Positions 1-8,856 of a stretch of DNA of 32,000 nt are shown piece after piece. Position 1 is the stretch's first letter. Every line of letters begins with the position of its first letter. This DNA is from Candidatus Scalindua sp. Lineage in GTDB: Bacteria > Planctomycetota > Brocadiia > Brocadiales > Scalinduaceae. The notes beneath the pieces were generated by a model. It was not told the origin of the DNA, did not search any database, and saw only the letters and a program-made list of their open reading frames with translations. The stretch spans positions 810,001 to 842,000 of the forward strand of contig JALDRA010000001.1 in assembly GCA_031316235.1 (NCBI GenBank), given 5' to 3'. The position numbers and the translations under genes are program-made.

Positions 1-184
1 CCCGTTCACGCATGAGGGAAGCGGCTTTTGCCGCGATGGCTCCACGCTCGGCGAAGGTGGTGAGTCGCCATTTCTCAAAACAGTTTGCGGCGGTTTCGAT
101 CGCCGTTTCGAGTTGCGCGTCGGTCAGTTGTTCAAACGCCTTCACGGTTTCTCCGTTGAAGGGATTCACAGTTTGGTAACTCAT
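1..184 (-). CDS. NAD(P)+-dependent aldehyde dehydrogenase (succinate-semialdehyde dehydrogenase-like), N-terminal 61 codons; the gene continues beyond the window edge
   Basis: Own translation of the minus strand from the ATG at 184-182 gives MSYQTVNPFNGETVKAFEQLTDAQLETAIETAANCFEKWRLTTFAERGAIAAKAASLMRER. This is a typical ALDH-superfamily N-terminus and stays open to position 1. It is absent from the ORF track because it is truncated. Confidence 0.6.
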   Translation of the reverse strand, partial: MSYQTVNPFNGETVKAFEQLTDAQLETAIETAANCFEKWRLTTFAERGAIAAKAASLMRER

Positions 185-259
185 AATTTTTTCCTTTCGG
201 GTGGTTTAGCTCAGATGCGGCAATAGTTTCATAGTGATTTCAATTTCTTACTTGTGCCG

Positions 260-299
260 GATGATAGGAATTTGCTTTTTTGAGATTCTGCGATTTTAG
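260..299. repeat. 40-bp direct repeat, copy 1 (GATGATAGGAATTTGCTTTTTTGAGATTCTGCGATTTTAG)
   Basis: Identical 40-mer found again at 1349-1388. The two copies bracket the low-GC ORF 328-1323. Confidence 0.9.
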
Positions 300-327
300 T
301 GTTATCTCTCCTCTCTAGTGTTTCTCA

Positions 328-1323
328 TTAATTTCTCATTGCTCTTAACTGTGCTGATTGTCTTAGTTTATCTATATTATATTTTTTATATAATTCACTT
401 GTACTGTAAGCATATTTAATAGTATGAACATTTGTTGAATTAGAGCTGTCTCTAATTATATTATCCCAGGATTTGTTTTCTCCTAAATCCATTGGAACAC
501 CTTCATTATCTGCTGTTAAAAGATGTGTAATAATATAAGTTGTCATAATATCTAATATATATGAAAAGTTATTAAAATAATCTTCTAATACTAATAAAGC
601 TTGGAGCCCTGTTATACAGTGGAGTACTAGTATACTGTCTGTCTCATCTAATATAGGCAGTAGTAATTCTAATAAATTAACCACCTTCTCCTCGTTGCTT
701 CCATCAATTAACAATCCCATTTCCATATATTTGCTGTCATTGTAAAGAGCATGTAACTTTTTACCACGAGATGGGTTGGATTTTAATAATTCAATAATTT
801 CTCCATTATTAAATACCTTTTCTATACTTTCCAAAAACCGGGAAGGATTTACCTTTTTGTTAAATACACTTCCCTCTCTATAAGCTGTTATATAATAAGC
901 CAAAGCTCTGGCTACTTCCTCTTCTAGATCTTGATCTAATTTCATACCTTCAACTGCATAGGCTAATCTAATAGTAGTGTGAAATAATCCTGATGATATA
1001 CCAAGAGGATAACTGTTTAATACTTCTGCAATAACTTTTTCTACACCTTTTAATTGAATTTCTTTTTCTATAAGTAATAGACAAGCTTCATACAAATCTC
1101 TTTTCCCTACACATTCAGTTATAGTTTCTACTGGACTAAATTCAACTTTTATCTTGTCTATTCTTCCCGATTTTATATAGCTTTCAGAATATGATGCTAT
1201 TTTTTCTACATCATTTCCCATCATATATAATGCCAATTGACCCATAGGCAAATGATTTACTAGGTCACTTGCATATGGTGAAAAGGTCCTAGCATATTGA
1301 TTTACAACTTCTGAAATTTTCAT
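328..1323 (-). CDS. hypothetical protein, 331 aa, very low GC; possibly questin-oxidase-like (DUF4243) family, unverified
   Basis: Long uninterrupted ORF with an AGGGAG-type SD just upstream (1330-1336 on the minus strand). Its composition is much more AT-rich than its neighbours. The family guess rests only on the general look of the sequence (HLPMGQLALY, HTTIRLAY). Confidence 0.75.
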   Translation of the reverse strand: MKISEVVNQYARTFSPYASDLVNHLPMGQLALYMMGNDVEKIASYSESYIKSGRIDKIKVEFSPVETITECVGKRDLYEACLLLIEKEIQLKGVEKVIAEVLNSYPLGISSGLFHTTIRLAYAVEGMKLDQDLEEEVARALAYYITAYREGSVFNKKVNPSRFLESIEKVFNNGEIIELLKSNPSRGKKLHALYNDSKYMEMGLLIDGSNEEKVVNLLELLLPILDETDSILVLHCITGLQALLVLEDYFNNFSYILDIMTTYIITHLLTADNEGVPMDLGENKSWDNIIRDSSNSTNVHTIKYAYSTSELYKKYNIDKLRQSAQLRAMRN

Positions 1324-1348
1324 AAATACTCCCTCCGATTAGATGAGA

Positions 1349-1388
1349 GATGATAGGAATTTGCTTTTTTGAGATTCTGCGATTTTAG
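1349..1388. repeat. 40-bp direct repeat, copy 2
   Basis: Perfect match to 260-299. Confidence 0.9.
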
Positions 1389-1458
1389 ATAAAATGTTAA
1401 TTAAACACAAGTGCTTTCTGGGTGTTACGCCCGGCAAAGGGAAGGCGGCCTTGATTGT

Positions 1459-1526
1459 TATACTCATCTCATAATGGTTTTCGGATAAAATCCGAGATAA
1501 AATTGAGCGGGTATACCTTCACCAGG
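1459..1526 (+). repeat. A-family palindromic repeat, copy A1 (5' module only; 3' module missing)
   Basis: TATACTCATCTCATAATGGTTTTCGGATAAAATCCGAGATAAAATTGAGCGGGTATACCTTCACCAGG matches the 5' module of copies at 9358, 16578, 17617 and 21123. Similarity ends after CACCAGG. Confidence 0.8.
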
Positions 1527-1799
1527 GCATAATGGAGATCGATAACCGTCACGGCGAAACTCAGTATTGATGGCTCGACGGGGTCAGCCAGTGGAAGAAC
1601 AGAGATAAACGCCTTTGATTGGCCCGTAGTGAAAACATTGACCTCATAGTAGCATAGTAGTCGGTACCCCCATGGAAGCACGGGACTTGGCACATGTAGT
1701 GCTTGCTGGGAACACACAGCAACGCAGGTTGTGCGCAAAGCCTGGATTCCGGTGTTGACGGTACCCGTTCGCACACAAATTTGCGGTGGCTGTACGGGA

Positions 1800-2990
1800 T
1801 TACCCCTTGATAACAGCCAGGGGCTGCAACTCTATTTGCACCTCAACCAGGTCGGTCTGATTTTGCATCACCTCATCGATATCTTTGTAGGATTCCGGTG
1901 CCTCATCCAGATCCGAGCGGCGGCGGATGCCGTGCAAAATTCCGCTTTCATCGAGGGATTTTACCACCTCCTTCAAGTCCAGCGTTTTGCGTGCCCGGGC
2001 CCGGCTCATGATTCTTCCGGCGCCGTGGGAACACGACTCGAAGGACTGAGCTTCTCCCTTCCCCTTTACCAGAAAAGAACGCGTCCCCTGAGAACCAGGG
2101 ATCATCCCCCACTCTCCTTTGCGAGCACGCGTTGCCCCCTTTCGATGCACGATAACCGTTGCACCGAAATGCTCCTCTACGGCGGCGAAGTTATGCGGCT
2201 TGTTGATGAAGTCCGCAAACTCGACCTCGGGCAGAACATCCCTGAATGCCGCTTTTACCCGCTCCATCATCAGTTTTCTGTTGGCCAGCGCAAATTCGAG
2301 GCAGTAGTTCATTTCGTTCCAGTACAACTCAAAACATGCGGACGATTCCGGAATATATGCCAAGTCCTGAGACACATCTTCGCCGGATTCAGTGTTCTTC
2401 TTTTTTGCCACGTCGTTGTAGTGGTTAGCCACCGTGAAACCAATGTTGCGCGAGCCTGAGTGGATCATGATCCAGATATGTCCATCCGATCCTTTTTGGA
2501 TCTCGATAAAATGGTTGCCTCCACCCAAGGTGCCGATCTGGCAAAGAGCGCTTGCATACTCCTGGTTCACGACAGGCAGGTCCCCTTTTCTCTGCGGCAT
2601 CCAGGTTTCGTCCTGCTGCGTTTTGTGGTGATTGAAACCAACGGGAACGGTCTTCCGGATAATACTCATGATCTTTTTCAAGTCCGCCGTTTCTACATCT
2701 GTAAGATTGGTGCGCAAAGAACACATGCCGCAGCCGATATCCACGCCGACGGCGTTAGGGACGACGACCCCCCTGGTAGCAAGTATTGCGCCGATGGGCA
2801 TACCGTAACCTAGATGGGTGTCGGGCATGATCGCGATATGACTGAATGCAAAGGGATGATTCGCCAGATTTCGTGCCTGCACCAGAGCCCCCTCTTCCAT
2901 TTGATCTTCTTTCAGCCACAGCTTTATTGGTAATTTTTCCGTTTCAATGATCGCATGACCGCTGGTTTGGTTACTATCTTCACGTTCCAC
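1800..2990 (-). CDS. rtcB: RNA-splicing ligase RtcB (3'-phosphate/5'-OH RNA ligase)
   Basis: 396-aa ORF with RtcB motifs (MPDTHLGYGMPIG, GVDIGCGM, GGGNHFIE, HSGSRNIG, SCSHGAGR). It has a GTG start preceded by AAGGAGAG. GC is clearly higher than the flanks. Confidence 0.92.
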   Translation of the reverse strand: MEREDSNQTSGHAIIETEKLPIKLWLKEDQMEEGALVQARNLANHPFAFSHIAIMPDTHLGYGMPIGAILATRGVVVPNAVGVDIGCGMCSLRTNLTDVETADLKKIMSIIRKTVPVGFNHHKTQQDETWMPQRKGDLPVVNQEYASALCQIGTLGGGNHFIEIQKGSDGHIWIMIHSGSRNIGFTVANHYNDVAKKKNTESGEDVSQDLAYIPESSACFELYWNEMNYCLEFALANRKLMMERVKAAFRDVLPEVEFADFINKPHNFAAVEEHFGATVIVHRKGATRARKGEWGMIPGSQGTRSFLVKGKGEAQSFESCSHGAGRIMSRARARKTLDLKEVVKSLDESGILHGIRRRSDLDEAPESYKDIDEVMQNQTDLVEVQIELQPLAVIKG

Positions 2991-3325
2991 TTAAAACTCT
3001 CCTTTAAAAAATAAAAATTTTCTGACCAGTTTTTCTGCCCATGAGAATTATTTACACTTTCTCACCCCTGATTCCAGCCAGTATCCTTTCGGAAATTTAG
3101 GGTTGGTTATATTCATCAACACTCAACGGCGGTACAGATTCAGGTATGCTACGTGGGCCCGATCTGTTAAGACCATATTCTCAATACTAGTATGGAGTTT
3201 CATTAAAATATCGACAATTAATTTGTTAAAGATTCAAATTTGCGCCATCGGTGAGCCACGGATTGCTTATTGATTTCTTATACATCTAGAAATATTCTTT
3301 TTTTAGGGTCTTCCCATGAAGAAAC

Positions 3326-3765
3326 TCATATATGGCGAAGAAAAGTGCGTGCCATTTTACTAAATAATGTTTCAGCCAGGTCAAGCCAAGACCCATGAGT
3401 TGATGTGTGAACGTATATAAACCGTCCCGGCCGTGTTACAGGATATGCTCGTGTTTCCTGAGAAACATGGGAAGAATGATTGTCCAAGATTATTCGAATT
3501 TGAGCAACTAGAGGATAGTATGCATCAAATTCTTTCAGCAGCTCAGTAGATTCACAGCTTCGATGGCGACGTTGAACTTGAGCAAACAGATGACCATCGT
3601 GCAAACCTATGCCCGCTACAAAGATAATACTTAACCTTGTGGGGTTGCAATGTTTGATTTTTCAGAATTCGATTTACCGTAGCCTTCCCTTCCCGGTTTA
3701 ATGATGGATGTCCAGCTTGTGCCGCATGCTTGCGTGCATGGTCCGCAAGCGCTTTTTGGGTCAGG
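3326..3765 (-). pseudogene. IS630-family transposase remnant (frameshifted, internally deleted)
   Basis: ORF 3326-3604 has a DDE_3-like C-terminal part (ILDNHSSHVSQETRAY..HGSWLDLAETLFSKMARTFLR). Own translation of 3605-3765 in another frame gives an HTH-region-like segment (AGHPSLNREGKATVNRILKNQTLQPHKVKYYL). Confidence 0.6.
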
Positions 3766-3823
3766 GATCAAATCTCTATTGTTGACAAATATGTCATTTT
3801 ATTATGAGGAGATATTGCTTCTG

Positions 3824-4882
3824 TTAATCAATTAATACAACTGGCTTTATTAAATCAGCGGGTTTCTCTTTCATTAGCTGTAAAGCCTCTTCTATCTTGT
3901 CAAATCCATGGAATAAATGGGTAACTAATTTTCCTGGATCTAATCTGCCGTATTTGACCAATTCAATTAATCTTTCCATTCTTACTCTACCGCCAGGAGT
4001 TAATCCGCCATTAATCGCCTTGTGACCCATTCCTACTCCCCATGCTTCCCTTGGTATAGGTATGAATTCATCGCCACCAAAGTAGTTAATATTACCAATT
4101 GCTCCACCGGCCTTTAGAATTTTTACTGCATCAATAAGAATGTCACAATTCCCACCAGCTACTATTACTTTATCTGCTCCTCGATTATTAGTCATCTCTA
4201 GTACTCGATCTACTACAGATCTCTCTCGATAGTTAACTATATCTGTTGCTCCATAGAATTTAGCGGCTTCAATTAAAGCGGGCCTGCTTCCCACACCAAC
4301 AATTCTTCCTGCCCCCATTAATTGAGCTCCTGCAACTGACATCAGTCCAACAGGTCCTATTCCTAAAACCACTACTGTATCCCCATATTCTACATTAGCT
4401 AATTCCACCCCATGTAAACCTGTTGTTGCCATATCTGTAAGCATGACTGCTGCTTCTAAAGTAATTCCATCTGGTAAAACCGCTAAATTCATATCCCCAT
4501 CGTTCACGTGAAAATACTCACTAAATACCCCGTCTTTAATATTAGAGAACTTCCAGCCAGCCAACATCCCACCTGAATGCTGTCCAAGTCCTGTGTCTTG
4601 TAATTCAACACTTCTCCAATCAGGAGTTATAGCAGGTACTACCACTCTATCCCCAGGTTTAATATATTTAACCTCGCTACCTACTTCGACTACCTCTCCC
4701 ACACTTTCATGACCTAACACTAAATTCTTTCTATCTCCGATAGCACCTTCAATTGTATGTATATCTGAAGTACATGGTGCGAGAGCGATTGGTTTCACAA
4801 TTGCATCATATGGACCTGCAACTGGTTTTTCTTTCTCAATCCAACCCACACTACCAATTCCTAACATTGCAAACGCCTTCAT
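3824..4882 (-). CDS. adh: NADP-dependent zinc alcohol dehydrogenase, secondary-alcohol (isopropanol) dehydrogenase type
   Basis: 352 aa, collinear with what I remember of the Thermoanaerobacter brockii and Clostridium beijerinckii secondary ADH (MK.FAMLGI...GWIEKE.PVAG.YDAIV.P.A..PCTSDIHT, GHE.VGEVVEVGSEVK, GIG.VGLM). Confidence 0.9.
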   Translation of the reverse strand: MKAFAMLGIGSVGWIEKEKPVAGPYDAIVKPIALAPCTSDIHTIEGAIGDRKNLVLGHESVGEVVEVGSEVKYIKPGDRVVVPAITPDWRSVELQDTGLGQHSGGMLAGWKFSNIKDGVFSEYFHVNDGDMNLAVLPDGITLEAAVMLTDMATTGLHGVELANVEYGDTVVVLGIGPVGLMSVAGAQLMGAGRIVGVGSRPALIEAAKFYGATDIVNYRERSVVDRVLEMTNNRGADKVIVAGGNCDILIDAVKILKAGGAIGNINYFGGDEFIPIPREAWGVGMGHKAINGGLTPGGRVRMERLIELVKYGRLDPGKLVTHLFHGFDKIEEALQLMKEKPADLIKPVVLID

Positions 4883-4896
4883 TATAATTCTCCCTC

Positions 4897-5250
4897 TTGA
4901 ATAGAAAGTTTAAAGACTATAAAAGAAACTCACTGAAGGCCATGGCAAAAGCCGTTCATACTGATTACCTGCCCGACTTTGTCATTCAGGCGGGACAAAA
5001 ACTCCAATACTTCTTTTCTGAGTCCAAATGGGACTTGCCGGCAATAAAACAAAAAAGAATAGGCATTATTCAAAAACAAAGAACCACAGTAACTACAAAA
5101 GATGGTATTCTTACAATAGACGATACCGGATGTCCCAAACCCTTCGCTAAAAACACAGCGGCAGCCAAATGGCAGTATTGTGGTTCACTCAAAAGGTCAG
5201 AAATCTGCAATGTCGCCTTGGTGCGGCTTAAGAAAAAAATCACTGCTTAG
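4897..5250 (+). pseudogene. IS701-like (IS4-related) transposase, N-terminal fragment
   Basis: The motif DDTGCPKPFAKNTAAAKWQYCGSLKRSEICNV resembles the DDTG..K.G....V..QY.G..GK..NC motif of IS701-type transposases. The ORF stops after 117 aa and lacks the rest of the DDE domain. Confidence 0.5.
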
Positions 5251-5464
5251 TGCTTTTAATGCCTTTAACAACGTAATATCAATATACATCACAGCTGATT
5301 AAAGGGTATAGCTTCTTGAATAATTTGTCAAGTATGTTTAATCTTTTTTTCACAAACAATTCAGATACTGTACCACTGGATATTTTAGTGGCTTATCACA
5401 CATGTCACAATGGTTTGATGATGTCCAGTCTGTAAAAAAAACTTCTCAAAAGATATGGATCCGG

Positions 5465-5579
5465 GGTCAAACAATTAGTGATCGAATCTTTGTTATCCTC
5501 TTATTCAATTTTCCATCTTTCCTTATCTTTGATTTCATAATAGCTACCCTTCGACTTATGGATGAATAACCAAGACCAA
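5465..5579 (-). mobile_element. Remnant (3' end with degenerate terminal repeat) of the Y1-DnaA_C element family
   Basis: GGTCAAAC..AATTAGTGATCGAATC followed by sequence matching the last ~35 codons of the 15352-16317 gene (SSISRRV...KV stop). Similarity ends at about 5579. Confidence 0.75.
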
Positions 5580-5699
5580 TCATTATGGCCTCCATCAATA
5601 ATCGACCGCTTTAATCCGGGAATGGCTGCGACAAGAGCATTTGCGTGTCTCACCGGGAGGGAGCATTCCCGATTTTTTGTAAAATATAATAAAAAGATC

Positions 5700-5728
5700 T
5701 TGACTTCCTCGTTGCTTTCAACGATAAT
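5700..5728 (+). promoter_or_regulatory. Putative sigma70 promoter of the IS-borne MTase (TTGACT, 17-nt spacer, GATAAT) with a GATC abutting the -35
   Basis: TTGACT at 5700-5705, GATAAT at 5723-5728 and the ATG at 5735, which is only 6 nt after the -10, so the mRNA may be leaderless. No SD is visible. The arrangement is conserved in all three copies. Confidence 0.45.
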
Positions 5729-5734
5729 ACTTCC

Positions 5735-6400
5735 ATGAATTATCCAGGCGGCAAAGGAGGAGTATTCCAAAAGTTAATCAATCTTATGCCACCCCATGAT
5801 GTCTACATAGAGACTCATTTGGGTGGTGGTGCTGTTATACGGAACAAACGGCCTGCCAGGAGTAATTTCGGGATAGAAATTGACTCGGAAGTTGTTGAGA
5901 TGTGGACGAATATGCATCCAATAGATTTTGAACTGGTCCATGATGACGCAATTAATTATCTGAATAATTATCATTTCAAAGGAAAAGAACTGGTATATTG
6001 TGACCCACCATATCTTCGCGAGACAAGGAAAAAATATGGACAGCTATATAAATATGATTATAGCCGTGCGCAGCACATCGAACTTCTGGAAGTTTTGAAA
6101 ACTCTTCCCTGCATGGTGATGATATCCGGTTACGAGTCAACCTTATACAAAGAATCATTACGTAGCTGGCAGACACATTCTTTTCAGGCCGTCTGTCATC
6201 ATGGCGTAGCAACTGAGTGGTTATGGATGAACTATAGTGTTCCGGTAGAACTGCACGATTATCGTTATCTTGGCAATGACTTTCGTGAGCGGGAACGGAT
6301 AAAGAGGAAGACCAGAAGGTGGACAGCGAAACTTCAATCCATGCCTGTATTAGAGCGCCAGGCGTTACTATCCGCCATAGATGTAGTCAGGGAGCGATAG
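5735..6400 (+). CDS. DNA N6-adenine methyltransferase, D12/Dam-like, 221 aa (IS passenger)
   Basis: N-terminal YPGGK, motif I ETHLGGGAV and motif IV DPPY (VYCDPPYL). Near-identical to 25331-25996. Confidence 0.8.
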   Translation: MNYPGGKGGVFQKLINLMPPHDVYIETHLGGGAVIRNKRPARSNFGIEIDSEVVEMWTNMHPIDFELVHDDAINYLNNYHFKGKELVYCDPPYLRETRKKYGQLYKYDYSRAQHIELLEVLKTLPCMVMISGYESTLYKESLRSWQTHSFQAVCHHGVATEWLWMNYSVPVELHDYRYLGNDFRERERIKRKTRRWTAKLQSMPVLERQALLSAIDVVRER

Positions 6401-6574
6401 AAGTCTTTTGAAAGGGGGAATTTTTGGCTTGAGAAAGATAGAGTCATCCGATAACTGGAGAGCTTTATTTTATGGTTTTTTAGACACTCGATTGGATAAG
6501 ATTGGGGAAGAGTACTCAATGGAAGATTTAGGAGAAATCTCAAAAGCTGTTTTCGAAGAGAGAGCGAAGATTGT

Positions 6575-7027
6575 GGTGTTCCCAGATTGGTAATTAATTT
6601 CATGATTGGTGGATTTCAACAACAGTGTTGCTCCTAAACTCCGTGGAAGCTGCGCCGCTGCAGAAAACTGATCCACTATATTTTTCCCTCTCCTGCGAAT
6701 CGTAACAAACTTTATTCCTTTTTTGTCTAAACTACTTAAGTTTTGATAGGTAGTAAATTTGCTGTCAAACACGAGATATTTGGGGTTTTTGATTTTGTTC
6801 GTCCTGTAAAAATCTAAAAACTCCAAAACGACTTTGGCAATAGTATCACGAATACCATATCTTTCTATAAGTGGTATGAGACATAAAATACCCAATGTAT
6901 TTTGTGTGCTGAAAGATTTTAACCCAAAAGAAAGATATGACGGTTTTGATACGTGTGAAAATCGGTGATGAATAGCCTTAAAAGCTTTTTCATTTTTTTG
7001 TCTTGAACACCGGGGGATATTCTTTTA
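6575..7027 (-). pseudogene. DDE transposase internal fragment (IS4/IS1634-like, family uncertain)
   Basis: Open frame without a start codon: ...AIHHRFSHVSKPSYLSFGLKSFSTQNTLGILCLIPLIERYGIRDT...YLVFDSKFTTYQNLSSLDKKGIKFVTIRRRGKN. It abuts the truncated IS copy at 6571. Confidence 0.4.
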
Positions 7028-7315
7028 ATATGTACACAATAGCGAGACTCGGACGAACCAGATCAAAACAGAAGTTAATAAATTAGAAATCTCAAACCAC
7101 AAATTACAAATAAATTACAAATGACAGTGCTCGCCTTTGTATCGAGAGACAGGAGTGAACAAAACAGTTTGCTCGACCTGTTAAATACATATGCTGGCAT
7201 TTACATTTGTCCTTATAAAAAATTACTAAGTTACCACTAATACTACTACCGGTTAACAGAAAATTTTATTTTAACTTCTTTGATAAAGGTTCAATGTTCT
7301 CAACGTATTTCATGA

Positions 7316-7345
7316 TATACTCATCTCATAATGATTTTAGTATAC
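7316..7345 (+). repeat. A-family repeat, copy A2: minimal 30-bp form (5' tip joined directly to 3' tip)
   Basis: TATACTCATCTCATAATGATTTTAGTATAC consists of the first 18 nt and the last ~12 nt of the long copies. Confidence 0.7.
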
Positions 7346-7462
7346 TAAATTTTGGAGGAGACTTTAACTGGCAATAAACCGCACGCAGCAGATTCTAATT
7401 CGTGCTCAGCTAATTCGCAGCAGTCAGACGTTAGAAGACATAACAGTTGTCCCGGAAAAAGC

Positions 7463-8067
7463 ATGATTACAGACAACCGTTTTCTCCAACAATCGGATTC
7501 CAGACTCGACTTCTTTCGCTGCTTCCTCCAGGAACCGCAGCAGGTCGGTTCGGTCTTCCCAAGCTCCCGTTTCCTTGAGCGCCGGGTTGTAACACTTGCT
7601 GCTTTGAGGAAAGCCCGGACTGTCGTTGAACTTGGCCCCGGTACCGGTGGTATCACGAATGCCGTTCTACGGGAACTTCCCCCTCTTCTAACCTGCTGAG
7701 CATCGAGATCAATCATCGTTTTGTATCAATACTCCGGCGTTGTTCCGACCCTCGCCTCCTGATCCATCATGGGTGCGCTGGAAATCTTCGTGAGATCCTC
7801 CACCATTACCAGCTTCCGCAGCCGGAAGTGGTGATCTCCGGGATACCGTTCTCAACCATCAGCCGTAATAAGGGACAACGTATAATTGAGGAAATTCACA
7901 CGGCTCTTTCCCCGAACGGTTATTTCATAGCCTACCAGGTGCATGATCACGTGTCTAAACTGGGACGTTCTTTTTTCGGCAATGCAGAAGTTCACAGGGT
8001 CTTCTATAACATTCCTCCCCTGCGCATCTATCGCTGGCGTAAGAAAACCTGCAGGAACGATATCTGA
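7463..8067 (+). pseudogene. Class I SAM-dependent methyltransferase (COG3963 / phospholipid N-methyltransferase-like) with a frameshift near 7690
   Basis: ORF 7352-7699 carries GSVFPSSRFL and VVELGPGTGGITNAVL. ORF 7828-8067 carries VISGIPFST...LSPNGYFIAYQ. Own translation shows a third frame open across 7685-7830 that links the two. Confidence 0.6.
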
Positions 8068-8107
8068 TTGATTCTTGTGCAGGTGGGTATTGGGGTCTGG
8101 GTATTGG

Positions 8108-8856
8108 GGTCAAACCTTGATTAGTGATCTAATCTCTGTTATCCTCTTATTCAATTTTCCATCTTTCGTTATCTTTGATTTCACAATAGCTACCCTTCGA
8201 CTTATGGATGAATAACCAAGACCAAACAAATTACCAATTTCCTGGTTATTATACCAACCGGTACTCCACAGAAGATAGATTAATAAATCACGATTTAATT
8301 TATCTGAATCACTTATCCTTGAGGATCGTAAAAAAACACCCGTATCGCACTTTAAAACTTTTGCCGCTATCTTCAGAATTTTTTCAGGATTAGTATCTCT
8401 TAATACTTGCCTTTTTTGAGGAATTTCAACATCTGGGTTTTCTGACAAATACTGAGACTTTATACGGTCAATAAATTCCTGGGAACCAAAAAAAGGCCAT
8501 GTCGAAAATCTTCCCACATTTTTGTTTCTTCTTTGGAGTAACTTTGTACCATTTTCCTATATGCCAGGTGCTTGTTTTTTGTATCGAAAAGAGAAAGAAT
8601 AGGCTTTGTAATCAACCACTCCGGTGATTTCTTGCCATAAGCATAAATAGAATAACTGCTCCATGGATAGTCAGCCAGTCTCCTGACTATTCCTGCACGC
8701 AGAGGATTTCTATGGATATAACAGGAGAGAAGCATCAGGTATTCATCATTTTCTATAAGAAAGCTTTTGAAGCGCCCTTGAAAAAGATGTCCATTTCGCT
8801 TGTGTTTAATATTATATTGACGTGTATAGGTTGTTCCAAACCATTGCATGCCTTTT
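8108..8856 (-). pseudogene. Y1-DnaA_C element copy, 5'-truncated and frameshifted
   Basis: ORFs 8110-8517 and 8460-8849 together match residues ~79-321 of the 15352-16317 product. The run of A at 8478-8484 is 7 nt long versus 8 nt in the intact copy. The left terminal repeat GGTCAAACCTTGATTAGTGATC is present, while the HUH region and right end are absent. Confidence 0.85.

Larger units (their letters stand above)
5659..6571 (+). mobile_element. IS with methyltransferase passenger, copy 1: left end plus intact MTase gene, transposase truncated after about 55 codons
   Basis: Starts with the same GGGAGCATTCCCGATTTTTTGTAAAATATAA end as 10688 and as the reverse complement of 26071. Similarity to the intact copy stops near 6571, where an unrelated DDE fragment begins. 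Confidence 0.85.

Noticed and set aside
1731-2459. 242-aa plus-strand ORF, and several shorter ones (2119-2307, 2246-2428, 2434-2631, 2460-2813, 2425-2724), overlapping rtcB
   Set aside because: They are antisense or out of frame relative to a well-supported rtcB gene. Their composition is Arg/Pro/Ser-rich, as is typical of shadow ORFs in GC-rich genes, and I recognise no motifs.
5774-6212. Antisense ORFs inside the MTase gene that recur in all three copies (5774-5974, 5976-6212, 10794-10994, 25519-25755 and 25757-25957)
   Set aside because: Their apparent conservation is simply because the whole IS is repeated. They have no independent coding signal.
7093-7130. Short tandem AAATTACAAAT x2 and neighbouring A-rich repeats
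   Set aside because: There are only two units in an AT-rich spacer next to a transposase fragment, so this is most likely part of a degenerate IS end.
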